Shown here: positions 9,111 through 19,198 of the stretch, in pieces
Position numbering within the stretch: position 1 is the stretch's first letter
Layout of the letters: the number at the start of each line of letters is the position of its first letter
DNA from: an uncultured virus (IMG/VR IMGVR_UViG_3300032397_003421)
Lineage: Duplodnaviria; Heunggongvirae; Uroviricota; Caudoviricetes
Virus record (IMG/VR): IMGVR_UViG_3300032397_003421
Strand: one strand, 5' to 3'
Length of the DNA stretch: 64,000 nt
The notes under the pieces: generated by a model
What the model was told of the DNA's origin: nothing
Database searches by the model: none
What the model saw: only the letters and a program-made list of their open reading frames with translations
Position numbers and translations under genes: made by a program

Positions 9111-10843
9111 TGAATCAAAGATTATATTTTACAACAAATAGAAGTAAAGATATTGAAATATCTAATATACTAAAAGATATACAAAAAGATATTTTTTTAA
9201 ATTATCAATTTACTAAACAATTTGAAAATATCTTCAATATTTTAGGTTATGATCTTAATGGAGAATTTATCTATTCAACTATAAATAGAGATATTTTATT
9301 ATGGCAAACTACTATAAATAAACAATATACTACTCAAATATGGAATTATAAATTAAAACTATATGAATCAATTAATAGTGAATATAAATTATCTGAACAT
9401 ATAATACGACATTGTTTTCCTCTTGAAAGTAAAAAAGCGTTTCCTAAAAAATCTAATTGGATATCCTCTAAAGAAAATAAAATAGGAGCTCATTATATAG
9501 AAAAAGACATGTGTGGTTCTTATATTAAAAATATTTCTGATATAATAATTATAGATATAGATTGTCATAAAAAAAACACATTACAAACATATAATGAACT
9601 TTTAATCTTATTAAAACATTTTAATGATTATTTGTATCTTGAAATATCCCATGAAGGAAGTTTTCATCTTTATATTAAATTAGATAAAAAATATTCTTAT
9701 ATAGAACGTAAAGAATATTTAAATAAATTAAAAAAAGAAAAAAATTTATCTTGTATTGATTTACATCTCAAAATGAGATTTCCTTTTAGTTATCACTATG
9801 AACCATGTACAGAAGAAATAGAAATATTATCTATTCAAGATTCTATCAAAAATATAAATAAAAAATATAAAGAACAAATTGGATTTAATTTAAATACCAA
9901 ACAAAATGAAAAAATTATATCTATTACTTCTACTCTTTATGGAAGAAAGAAAAAATCTAAAATTAAACACATCACTTCAGAAGAATTTCTAGCTACAACA
10001 AATATATATATATCATATAAAAATAGACATAATCCTATGTTAGAAATCTGTAGAATTGGAAAATTTAATAATTGGAATTATGATGAAATTCTTCATATTA
10101 TTAGAACATTAGATCAAGGGAGTGATGATTTAAAAAAATGGAATGATAAAATACTTTTAAAAAATATAGAAAATATATATAATAAAAGTACTATTTATTA
10201 TCAAGAATCAATCACAACTAAACCAGAAAAATTTATATCAAATATAAATAAATTACCTCTTAATATAAAAAATGTATTAGAAGATGAATCATTTATAAAT
10301 AAAATTATTTTAAATTGTGAAAAAAAAATAACAAAACTTAATCAACAAAAATTTAAAATAATTTTATTAGAATTATTTGGAGCTATATTATATGATACTC
10401 AAAATAATAGAATAACTCTTAATAATAAAAAAAATAAGTATCTTATAGGAAAACAATTTTCAAGTTATTTTGCTAATAAATTAAAAGAACATTACTTAGA
10501 AATACAATCATTTGATTGTTATGGAATAATTAAAGATATACTTAATAAAAGTAATTTATTTACTCAATTTAAATCAAATACTAGAGGTTGGTATTTTAAT
10601 ACTTTAAATTCAGAAAATAATTTTTGTAAACAATTTGATTTATTTAATAATAAAAATCATATATTATATAATAATTATAATACTATATGTTATTTAATGA
10701 TAAACTTACTTAATTCATTCTACATATTAAATAAATTAAAATTACTTATTATACAGAATTTTTTTAATGATAAAGATGATGAATTTTTAATTATAAAAGA
10801 TAAATATCTAACAAATGGATGGAATGTAGCTGATGGATTTTGA
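9110..10843 (+). CDS. AEP-like primase-polymerase / Rep-like protein
   Basis: hhhDhD motif (IIIIDIDCH) and S-x-x-G-x-x-H-h-Y motif (EISHEGSFHLYIKL); translationally coupled to 8736..9110. Confidence 0.6.
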   Translation: MNQRLYFTTNRSKDIEISNILKDIQKDIFLNYQFTKQFENIFNILGYDLNGEFIYSTINRDILLWQTTINKQYTTQIWNYKLKLYESINSEYKLSEHIIRHCFPLESKKAFPKKSNWISSKENKIGAHYIEKDMCGSYIKNISDIIIIDIDCHKKNTLQTYNELLILLKHFNDYLYLEISHEGSFHLYIKLDKKYSYIERKEYLNKLKKEKNLSCIDLHLKMRFPFSYHYEPCTEEIEILSIQDSIKNINKKYKEQIGFNLNTKQNEKIISITSTLYGRKKKSKIKHITSEEFLATTNIYISYKNRHNPMLEICRIGKFNNWNYDEILHIIRTLDQGSDDLKKWNDKILLKNIENIYNKSTIYYQESITTKPEKFISNINKLPLNIKNVLEDESFINKIILNCEKKITKLNQQKFKIILLELFGAILYDTQNNRITLNNKKNKYLIGKQFSSYFANKLKEHYLEIQSFDCYGIIKDILNKSNLFTQFKSNTRGWYFNTLNSENNFCKQFDLFNNKNHILYNNYNTICYLMINLLNSFYILNKLKLLIIQNFFNDKDDEFLIIKDKYLTNGWNVADGF

Positions 10844-11005
10844 GTATTTTCACAATTACACTAACAAATAATAGAAAATATTGAAAAAAAACATTGAAGG
10901 AAATTCAGGTAGATAATAGATTTGGACTAGTTTACAAAAAAATGAAAAAATTGTTTACATTTTTAATACAGATTAAAAAATAATTTTTAATTAAGGATTT
11001 ATAAG

Positions 11006-11272
11006 ATGAGAGATACAATATGTGATAATTATGCACTTAAAAATTCTAAAATAGGTGCTAGAGAATATTGGATGATTCATAAAGGAGATGCAACTAAAGG
11101 AAAAAGAAGCTCTTCTAAAAAAGTATATCTTGATTATAATAGGGCAAAACAAGATGTAATTGAATTATGTTTTTTAACTCCTGATGAATCGTTCTATATT
11201 TTGAAATGTATTGAAGTTTTTAAAAATGTAGATGGAGCATTAAAAGCTGAAATTATTGAAAAAATAAAATAA
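11006..11272 (+). CDS. hypothetical protein
   Basis: ORF with AAGGA RBS. Confidence 0.65.
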   Translation: MRDTICDNYALKNSKIGAREYWMIHKGDATKGKRSSSKKVYLDYNRAKQDVIELCFLTPDESFYILKCIEVFKNVDGALKAEIIEKIK

Positions 11273-11498
11273 ATTGCTATCTTTTTTAAAAGAAGATTGC
11301 AAAAAATCCATGAAGTTTTTAGCTTCATGGTAGTTCACAACTAAATTATTAATTTTATTAATAATTAAATAGGAGAAAATAGAAGAAAATTCATCACTAA
11401 AAATAATATTTTTTAAAAATTTAAAAATTTAAGTATAGGAGTTTTTACATAGGTAAATAATAGTTAATAGTTAAAAAAAAAGAACGGGGGAAAAGAGA

Positions 11499-11831
11499 AT
11501 GAATTGGTGGGAAGCAAGTAATTTGTTATTAGTTACAGTAAATATAAGTTTAGGGGTTTATTGTTTTTTTAGATTAAAAAAATTATCAAATATTATTAAA
11601 ATTGGAAAGTTTTATTACCAATGTAGAATTATATTACAAGGTATTTTGTTAGTTGAACTTTATTTTATTTTAGTTTTATTTTCATGGGTAACATACAATA
11701 TTTATGATCTTGTTTTAGAAAAATCATCTTTAGTTACTTTTTTATATGTTACTGCTTTTTTTACAAAAAGTTTTTTATTTTTCATAATTATTTTAAATTC
11801 AATTTTTTGGACAAATAAAAAATTAAAATAA
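11499..11831 (+). CDS. three-TM membrane protein (holin candidate)
   Basis: Three hydrophobic segments and a basic C-terminus. Confidence 0.55.
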   Translation: MNWWEASNLLLVTVNISLGVYCFFRLKKLSNIIKIGKFYYQCRIILQGILLVELYFILVLFSWVTYNIYDLVLEKSSLVTFLYVTAFFTKSFLFFIIILNSIFWTNKKLK

Positions 11832-11844
11832 GGATTCAATTAAA

Positions 11845-12627
11845 ATGGAAAAGAGTACCCTTGAATTAGTTGGCCAGTGGAGTGCCTATTTAGTCGTAAT
11901 TATTGTTGCATTTGTAAAAGTAGTTTATACAGTTTATCAATATTTTAAAAATTTTAAAAATATTATTAAAGATAAAGATAAAAATAAAGATAAGGATAGT
12001 TTTACAGTAAATGTAAATACTCCAATTTCTTCTTCAAATTTAATAGTTGATAAAAATGAGTTAGATCATCCTTTTTATTTTCTCTTAGAACAAGGGAAAA
12101 TACTTACTGCAATAGAAGAATTACAGTCTTCTATTCTTAAAGAACAATTAGATTATTTTTCAAAATATATTAAAACTATAGAAGTAATTGCAATAAAAAA
12201 TATGATAGGTATTCTTTCTTCAGCAAATCTTGATGACAATCTTTATATAACTTATTTTTCTAACTTTGAAAATTTTTTAACTATATGCAGTTATGAAATT
12301 ATTTCAGAATTTCGACATATGTGTAAAACCAATCATTTTTCTGAATATTCTGTAGAAGGATTTAGAGAATTATCAAAAAGAAATATAATTATTATTGAAG
12401 GAACAATAATTGAATTATTAAGAACAAAATATCCACAGCATGAAAATATTGAAAATTTTAAAAAATTATATGAAATGAAATATATGATTAGAGATGCACT
12501 TAAAGATTGTTTTCAATATTCTAGAAATATATCAATTGAAAAAATACAGAAAATAAATGAAACTATTAATTGTTTTGAAACTAAAGTATTTACTTCTTTT
12601 GGATCAAAATATGTAGTAAGAATTTAA
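11845..12627 (+). CDS. N-terminally anchored membrane protein, paralogue of 36189..36968
   Basis: Single N-terminal TM; shared YFLLEQ.K / ILKEQ.DY / YFxNFENF / KDCF motifs. Confidence 0.75.
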   Translation: MEKSTLELVGQWSAYLVVIIVAFVKVVYTVYQYFKNFKNIIKDKDKNKDKDSFTVNVNTPISSSNLIVDKNELDHPFYFLLEQGKILTAIEELQSSILKEQLDYFSKYIKTIEVIAIKNMIGILSSANLDDNLYITYFSNFENFLTICSYEIISEFRHMCKTNHFSEYSVEGFRELSKRNIIIIEGTIIELLRTKYPQHENIENFKKLYEMKYMIRDALKDCFQYSRNISIEKIQKINETINCFETKVFTSFGSKYVVRI

Positions 12628-12677
12628 AAAAATTTTAGTTCACACTAATAAAATAATTTAAAAACAGGAGATACTTA

Positions 12678-13136
12678 ATGGCTAGAATGATACATCAATA
12701 TAAAATAATAGATTCAAGTAAAGATAATTTTATGCAAATAGCAAATATAAATTTAAGAAAAGAATGGACACCTTTTACTACAATTCAACAGGCATTGATT
12801 CCTTTTATTAAAACCATATCAAATCCTAATGGTTTATTAGATTATAATAAAAAAAATATGGAAAGTAATGAGGTAGTATATAGATCTATCCCAGATATAG
12901 AAAATCTTTCTATATATTCTAAACAAGATTTATTTATTATGACTAGACAAGAACTTTGTGAGATATGTAAAGCCTATACAATTATTACTCAAAATAAAAG
13001 AAATGAAAGATTAATAAAAGAAATATTAGAATCTCAAGCAAAATATTCAACTAATAAACAAATACAAAAGGAACTAAGTCAAACAGAAATTAAAACAAAA
13101 ATTAATATTTTGTTAGATACTAATAAAACAATATAA
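12678..13136 (+). CDS. hypothetical protein with SAP/Rho-N-like helical segment
   Basis: MTRQELCEICKAYTI...RLIKEIL. Confidence 0.55.
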   Translation: MARMIHQYKIIDSSKDNFMQIANINLRKEWTPFTTIQQALIPFIKTISNPNGLLDYNKKNMESNEVVYRSIPDIENLSIYSKQDLFIMTRQELCEICKAYTIITQNKRNERLIKEILESQAKYSTNKQIQKELSQTEIKTKINILLDTNKTI

Positions 13137-13190
13137 ATAATAAAAAGTAAAAGAAAATTTTTTATTATTTTAAAAAATTGGAGTTATAAT

Positions 13191-13583
13191 GTGAAAAATT
13201 TTATAGAATTATTTATACTTGAAAATGGATTTCCTGCATCAATAGTTAAAAAAACATACATAACTGCATATAAAGAAAGTAAACAATTAGCTAAAGAAAA
13301 TGATCTAAATTTTATTAAAGAAACAATGGAAATTCTTCTTGAAATTAATAATAATAATTGTGCTTATAGATTTTTAGAAAGTAATTTTTTAAATTTTAAT
13401 GAATTTATAAATAGTCTTTTTGATGAAGATACAATTATTACAAAAGAAGAACTATTAAGTACAAATTTTACTCCAGATCAAAAACCACAAAATGGTGGAG
13501 AAAAAAATAATCATAAATTTAAAGTATCTATGTTAGGTTTTGATAATTCAGATGAAGAAGAAAATAAAGAGGCGTTAGTCTAA
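13191..13583 (+). CDS. hypothetical protein (possible head protein)
   Basis: GGAG RBS; acidic C-terminus. Confidence 0.6.
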   Translation: MKNFIELFILENGFPASIVKKTYITAYKESKQLAKENDLNFIKETMEILLEINNNNCAYRFLESNFLNFNEFINSLFDEDTIITKEELLSTNFTPDQKPQNGGEKNNHKFKVSMLGFDNSDEEENKEALV

Positions 13584-13661
13584 TTGAAAAGATATAAACG
13601 TCAATTTGATATTTATAATCATTCTATTGATTCTGTAAGATATGATTTAAAGGTGGTATAA

Positions 13662-14708
13662 GTGAGTGAAAGGTACTATCAGGACTCAGTAAATTATCCT
13701 TATGCAATAAGAAGTGTATTAGAGAGAGTTATACTTTATTTTGCTCAAATGATATATCCAACTGAAACTTTAATCAATGCAAAAAAAAGAATAATTATGG
13801 CAGATGTTTCTGATGATGGAAATTCTATTAGACGCTCAATAGATATATTTAAAACTACTGGAGGTTCTTTTCCTTCAACTTTCTACGCTATTTCTGATGA
13901 TGCTCCATTAGGATATAAATCTCATTTACAATGTAATGGAAACTATTATAGTGAACTTATTGGAGCATATATATCTTTTGTTCCTATGACTTTAACAATA
14001 CCCTTTACAACCATTTTTACAACACCTTATGACTTCTGGAAGGGAATGGCACTTTTTTCCTTGGACGAAGCATGTCTAACTAGATTAGATGTGCCTGTTA
14101 CTTTAAATGGTGTATTATGTTCTATGGTAATAGATCTTAATTACACTACAGAAAGAGGACAAATGGCATTTGATTATGAACAACAATTAAATATGGGAAA
14201 ACTCTATCCTGTAATCCACACGGTTGATATAAAATGCAGTTATATAATATTAAATATGCAAAATAGTCCTAATCAAGATACAACAGGCGGAATAAATACA
14301 CCTAAAGTTGTTTATCATGTTGATGATTTGATACTTAAGCTTTCAGAATTACAAAATGCAGTTAATCTTGATCAAAATCCATTATTAGATACTTTACATT
14401 CTCCATCTATTCCAACAATTACATCAGTACCATTAAATAATGCAATTGGAGTTTCTAAATCAAATAATATTGTATTAACTTTTAATGTAGCTATGAATGA
14501 AAACAGTGTACTAAGTAATCTTGATATGGTTCCTTATTGTGATAAAGATATGAGTTTTGATATAACTTCTAAAATACTTACTATAAATCCTAGGAGTAAT
14601 TTAACAGGTTTAACCCAATATGAAATACTAATAAACACAAATGCTAAATCAGGTGATGGAATATATTTGGAAGATGATTACAGTTTAACTTTTACAACGG
14701 TAATATAA
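13662..14708 (+). CDS. virion structural protein with C-terminal bacterial Ig-like (Big_5-like) domain
   Basis: PTITSVPLNNAIGV...IVLTFNVAMN...LTINP...YEILI...LEDDYSLTFTT. Confidence 0.7.
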   Translation: MSERYYQDSVNYPYAIRSVLERVILYFAQMIYPTETLINAKKRIIMADVSDDGNSIRRSIDIFKTTGGSFPSTFYAISDDAPLGYKSHLQCNGNYYSELIGAYISFVPMTLTIPFTTIFTTPYDFWKGMALFSLDEACLTRLDVPVTLNGVLCSMVIDLNYTTERGQMAFDYEQQLNMGKLYPVIHTVDIKCSYIILNMQNSPNQDTTGGINTPKVVYHVDDLILKLSELQNAVNLDQNPLLDTLHSPSIPTITSVPLNNAIGVSKSNNIVLTFNVAMNENSVLSNLDMVPYCDKDMSFDITSKILTINPRSNLTGLTQYEILINTNAKSGDGIYLEDDYSLTFTTVI

Positions 14709-14709
14709 T

Positions 14710-15450
14710 ATGAAAAAATATATACCATATAAGGATAATGAAAAATTCCATAGTAGTAAAAAAAGTCATTTCTTTAATGAAGCAGTTTTTAGACCAGATA
14801 ATTATGCTAAAGAATTATATAATATAATGGTTAATATTATAGAGGAATATAAAAATTCTAATTTGAAATATGATTATCAAATATGTAAGGTATTAACTGA
14901 TATTTTTTCAAAATATAATATTGTATTTATTCCAAAAGGTACTTATTATAATAATGGATATTTTTCTGGAATTAATGAGATGGAATCTGGAGAAAAATCT
15001 TTATTAATTAGAATTCTTTGTAGTTTATCTATAGGGGATTTATTTAAAAGTGATAATTTAAAACGAGATTTTTTAAAAGATTTTAAACAATTAATATTAC
15101 ATGAATTAGTTCATAGGGGACAATATATATCATTTAATAGAAATAAAATACAAAATGAATTAATTCAATTTTCAAAAAATAAAATTGATTTAGCATATTA
15201 TTCATTAAAACCTGAAATTATGGCTTATGCTTGTTTAATTGTTGAAGAATTAAGATTTCAAGATTTAGAAGATTCAGAAATCTTAAAATTTATTAATAAT
15301 AGAGATAAGTTTAAAAGATATGAAAGTAAAACTTATGATTTATATAAAGAAATTTATGGTAAATCTAATGTATTTACAAGATTACTTAAATATATTTATG
15401 AGTATATTAAAGGAGATTTAACTAAAAATATAATTGAAATAGGAAGTTAA
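14710..15450 (+). CDS. HExxH zinc-metalloprotease-like protein, paralogue 1
   Basis: HELVHRGQ plus downstream EIMAY; MKKY leader. Confidence 0.7.
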   Translation: MKKYIPYKDNEKFHSSKKSHFFNEAVFRPDNYAKELYNIMVNIIEEYKNSNLKYDYQICKVLTDIFSKYNIVFIPKGTYYNNGYFSGINEMESGEKSLLIRILCSLSIGDLFKSDNLKRDFLKDFKQLILHELVHRGQYISFNRNKIQNELIQFSKNKIDLAYYSLKPEIMAYACLIVEELRFQDLEDSEILKFINNRDKFKRYESKTYDLYKEIYGKSNVFTRLLKYIYEYIKGDLTKNIIEIGS

Positions 15451-15993
15451 ATGACATATTCAATCGTTGATACCATTTCAGAAAAGCTTGCACCAATGTA
15501 TAGAAAATTAAATGATTTTACTATCTCTACTCTATTAGGTACTGAATGTAAAGTTTTAAGAATAACTAAAACTATTGCTGATGTAATGGGAGAAACTCAA
15601 GAATCAGTTGTTAGTTATGTGATAGATAATGTAATTATAAAGCATCCATATGCAGCAAATGTTCAAATGTTTGAAACTTACAATCAAATACAACAACAAA
15701 TAACTACCGGCGCGATTGATTTGTGGGACATACTTCCGATTGAGTTAAAAGTCCCCTTAAATGATGGTAATATAGAAACTGATGCAATAGCTATAAAAAG
15801 AGGTGATATAATAGTAGAAATACTTAAAGATGAAAATCAAAATAAAATTCCTCTTATCATGGAATGTACTAAGTTATTTGGTAGCTTATTTGTAAAACAA
15901 GTCATAAATAAAAAATATGAATTGACTCTTTATAGAGGAATTTTAAGCAGTTCTATAAGAGAAGCGGTAAACACATTTGTAAATGAAAATTAG
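15451..15993 (+). CDS. putative head-closure/neck structural protein
   Basis: Beta-rich ORF of suitable size in late cluster; inference only. Confidence 0.4.
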   Translation: MTYSIVDTISEKLAPMYRKLNDFTISTLLGTECKVLRITKTIADVMGETQESVVSYVIDNVIIKHPYAANVQMFETYNQIQQQITTGAIDLWDILPIELKVPLNDGNIETDAIAIKRGDIIVEILKDENQNKIPLIMECTKLFGSLFVKQVINKKYELTLYRGILSSSIREAVNTFVNEN

Positions 15994-16010
15994 TAATGAA
16001 AGAATTAAAA

Positions 16011-16784
16011 ATGAAAAGATATAAATCAGTATTTGACAGATTAAATGAACCTGTTAATACTTTTTATAATGGGGAATATCATACTCCTCCCAGTAGAACA
16101 AGTGAATTTTTAGTTGAAGCTGTATATAGACCGGATAAATATGTTAATATAGTTTATAATCATCTTAAAAGTATTTTAAAAATTTATAATAAATCTTTTA
16201 AATATGGAGAATTAGTTTGTGAATTTTTAACAGATAAGTTTAAAGAATTTAATATTATATTTAATTATGAAGGAAGTTTTAATTCTGATGGAAGAAAATA
16301 TGCTATAAATTCAATGGATACGGGAGTCAATTCTTTAACTATCACTATTCAGTGCAGTCCTATTATTGATCAATTATTTTTAAGTATTGATTTACAAAAA
16401 TTATTTTTACAATATTTTAAGGAACTTATAGGGCATGAGTTAATACATAGAAGTCAATCTATATCAATAAAAAACTATACATTACAAAAATATATAAATA
16501 AATATATTAATATTGCGCAAGGAGTGGGTTATTATGCAGATAAAGCCGAACTTATGTCCTATGCCTGGCAAATAATTGAGGAGTTGAGATTTCAAGGAGC
16601 TTATGATATGGATATTTTAGAATATATAAAAGATATTGGTAAACATCCTGGATATTCTTGTTTAATATATGAAGAAGTATACTTAAAATATTATAGAAAT
16701 ACTATGGTAATAAATAGGTTAATAAAGTATATCTATGAATATCTAAAAGGTAATATAAATATTAATGAAATATATTTAAAATAA
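16011..16784 (+). CDS. HExxH metalloprotease-like protein, paralogue 2 (track start 15996; MKRY start 16011 preferred)
   Basis: HELIHRSQ plus ELMSY. Confidence 0.7.
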   Translation: MKRYKSVFDRLNEPVNTFYNGEYHTPPSRTSEFLVEAVYRPDKYVNIVYNHLKSILKIYNKSFKYGELVCEFLTDKFKEFNIIFNYEGSFNSDGRKYAINSMDTGVNSLTITIQCSPIIDQLFLSIDLQKLFLQYFKELIGHELIHRSQSISIKNYTLQKYINKYINIAQGVGYYADKAELMSYAWQIIEELRFQGAYDMDILEYIKDIGKHPGYSCLIYEEVYLKYYRNTMVINRLIKYIYEYLKGNININEIYLK

Positions 16785-16950
16785 AAGGAGAATTAAAAAA
16801 TGAATAAAGAAGATTTTATTAAAAATTTTAAATAGAGTTTTGGTAATCTAAAATTACCTAAAATGACATTAAAAAGATTTCTGAAGACAGAAAAAGCAAT
16901 AGAAAATTTTATAAATAAAAAATAATTTTAAAAAATGAAAAAATGAAAAA

Positions 16951-17652
16951 ATGAAAAGATATAAAAGAAAATTTACAAATGATTTTATGGGATATACATT
17001 ACCATTGATAGAAATGGTTCAGAGACCAGAAAATTATATAAATATATTAATAGAAAAGATAAAAAATTTCTATGAGAAAAATGAATTTTTAAATTTAAAT
17101 GATTTAATAGTATCTATAAATTCTTATTTTATAAATGAAAAAATAGAATTTATAGAAAGAGAAAAAAGTTCAAAGTTTGATAGTGGTTTATTTTCTGCTG
17201 GATATAAACCCAAAACAGATACAATAATTTTATTTTATACTACTGATATTTCTAATGCTTTTAAAATTAAAAATAAAAAGCATGATTATACAGATTTTAA
17301 ATGGTTTTTAGATGATTTTATTGATTTTATAGGACATGAAATAATTCATAGAATGCAATCTGTAAATGATAAAGTTAATAATATCAAAGCAATGTCAAAT
17401 GAAAATGAAAAACTTCATTATTCTCAACCCAAAGAAATTATGGCTTATGTTTGGTTAATAGTACAAACATTTAAAATGAATGGTAAAGATAATGATTATA
17501 TTAAATTCGTTTTATCAAATAAAAGAGATGATCATAATATAAAAATAATAAACTATATACCAGCATTTAAAAAGTATTATAATTTATTTGATAAAGATTC
17601 TAATGTAATGAAATTACTATATAAATATATTTATCAATATATTAATAATTAA
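16951..17652 (+). CDS. HExxH metalloprotease-like protein, paralogue 3
   Basis: HEIIHRMQ plus EIMAY; MKRY leader. Confidence 0.7.
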   Translation: MKRYKRKFTNDFMGYTLPLIEMVQRPENYINILIEKIKNFYEKNEFLNLNDLIVSINSYFINEKIEFIEREKSSKFDSGLFSAGYKPKTDTIILFYTTDISNAFKIKNKKHDYTDFKWFLDDFIDFIGHEIIHRMQSVNDKVNNIKAMSNENEKLHYSQPKEIMAYVWLIVQTFKMNGKDNDYIKFVLSNKRDDHNIKIINYIPAFKKYYNLFDKDSNVMKLLYKYIYQYINN

Positions 17653-17711
17653 TTTTAAAAATAATATTACTAATAAAAAAGTTAAAATAATAAAAAAGAG
17701 GTTATATCAAT

Positions 17712-18101
17712 ATGTCAAGTAAAAAATTTGTTCCCTATACGAGTTATTTTGGAGAAAGTAAAGAAGTTAGTAAAAAATCTAAATCTTCAAGAATTCTTGA
17801 AAGAGCTATTAAAGAGCTTTATTCAATTAAAAGAAGTTTAAATAAACTTAAAGAAGATGAAGAAATAAGTGCTGAAGATATTGCTGATGCAGTAGATTCT
17901 GTTAATGAAGTTATACAAGATATTATACCTATAGTTGGTGCGGCAGATCCTGCAATTGCTGAACTTATTGATGCAGCTAAAGAACTTGAAGATTTTAATG
18001 AAGAAGATTTCATAATGGAAGCTGAAGAAGATGAAAAAGATTCTGAAGATGATGAAGATGATGAAGAAGAGAAAAAAGAAGCTTGCAAAAAAAAGAAATA
18101 A
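17712..18101 (+). CDS. acidic prohead-core-like protein
   Basis: Highly acidic with repeated hydrophobic-x-E sites (ILE, IKE, LKE, IME); TACTAATA upstream. Confidence 0.55.
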   Translation: MSSKKFVPYTSYFGESKEVSKKSKSSRILERAIKELYSIKRSLNKLKEDEEISAEDIADAVDSVNEVIQDIIPIVGAADPAIAELIDAAKELEDFNEEDFIMEAEEDEKDSEDDEDDEEEKKEACKKKK

Positions 18102-18117
18102 TTCCTCCTAATTGTTA

Positions 18118-18166
18118 AAGAGGGCACAAAAAACTTATAAAATAAATTTATACATTGTGCCCTCTT
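18118..18166. terminator. stem-loop between convergent genes
   Basis: AAGAGGGCACAA / TTGTGCCCTCTT 12-bp inverted repeat. Confidence 0.55.
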
Positions 18167-18276
18167 ATTTAAAAATGATGATAGTAAAATTTAAATTAGG
18201 ATTTAAACCTATACAAATAATAGAAAATTTTTATACTGATTGTATTTTTATTTATTTTTTTTCAATATAAATAATT

Positions 18277-18909
18277 TCACTCATTTTTATATAAACTAGT
18301 TTTTAATTTTCCTCCATCTGTTCCTAATAATTTAATAAGTATGTTTTTGACAATCCACCAGGACGTTTTATCGAAAAATATCATGCCTTTTGGATTTGTT
18401 TTATTTGGTGGATAACTTGCATAACATCTACCAAATAATAAATTATGTTTTTTAAGAATAAATTCTAAAAAAAAGAAAAAATTCATTTGAATTCCATTTC
18501 GTATATTTCTTTCTCCTATTTGTTGAGAAGTCATTGAAGGATTTTTTATTATTGGCTTTTTAAACGAGCCCGTTCTCCATTTGAATGTCGAAAAAATTCC
18601 TTTATCAATATTTTCTATTAAGAATATTACTGGATATTTATGTATTTTAATTGTATCAGTCTTCTTATATGATTTAGGATCTGACATAACAATAAATTCT
18701 AATTTAATATTCCTCCCTACCTGTTCCCAACTTTTAGTTGATGGATTATATTTATAATTATTTCTTCTAGTTACTCTAGCAGATTTTATATCTAATTTAG
18801 CTCTTTTATTTTTATCATCTCCATCTTTTGATTTATAATATCTCCAACTTAATTTTATAACATCTGCGATAGTTAATCCTTTTGTTGTTAATCTATTTGA
18901 TTGATCCAC
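18277..18909 (-). CDS. basic hypothetical protein
   Basis: 210-aa ORF with AAGGA RBS; weak resemblance to the C-terminal domain of 28073..29182. Confidence 0.65.
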   Translation of the reverse strand: MDQSNRLTTKGLTIADVIKLSWRYYKSKDGDDKNKRAKLDIKSARVTRRNNYKYNPSTKSWEQVGRNIKLEFIVMSDPKSYKKTDTIKIHKYPVIFLIENIDKGIFSTFKWRTGSFKKPIIKNPSMTSQQIGERNIRNGIQMNFFFFLEFILKKHNLLFGRCYASYPPNKTNPKGMIFFDKTSWWIVKNILIKLLGTDGGKLKTSLYKNE

Positions 18910-19198
18910 TATTTAACATCCTTAATTATTTATATAGATTTATCTTTAATAGTACATATAAATAATTATTTACAAATATTATTATTTCTTTTAATATGAA
19001 ATTTTTTACTAATTAAAAATAATTTAAATTATTAGTCAAAAAAATAAATGATAAGATATCTTTAAGGAATGAATAATGAAAAAGTATAGATGGAGATTTA
19101 CAAAAGAACAAGAAAATTTTATTTATAAAATTTTAGATACAATATGGAAGTAATGTCGTACTAATAAATAATAAAATTATTATTAGAGAGATATTATA

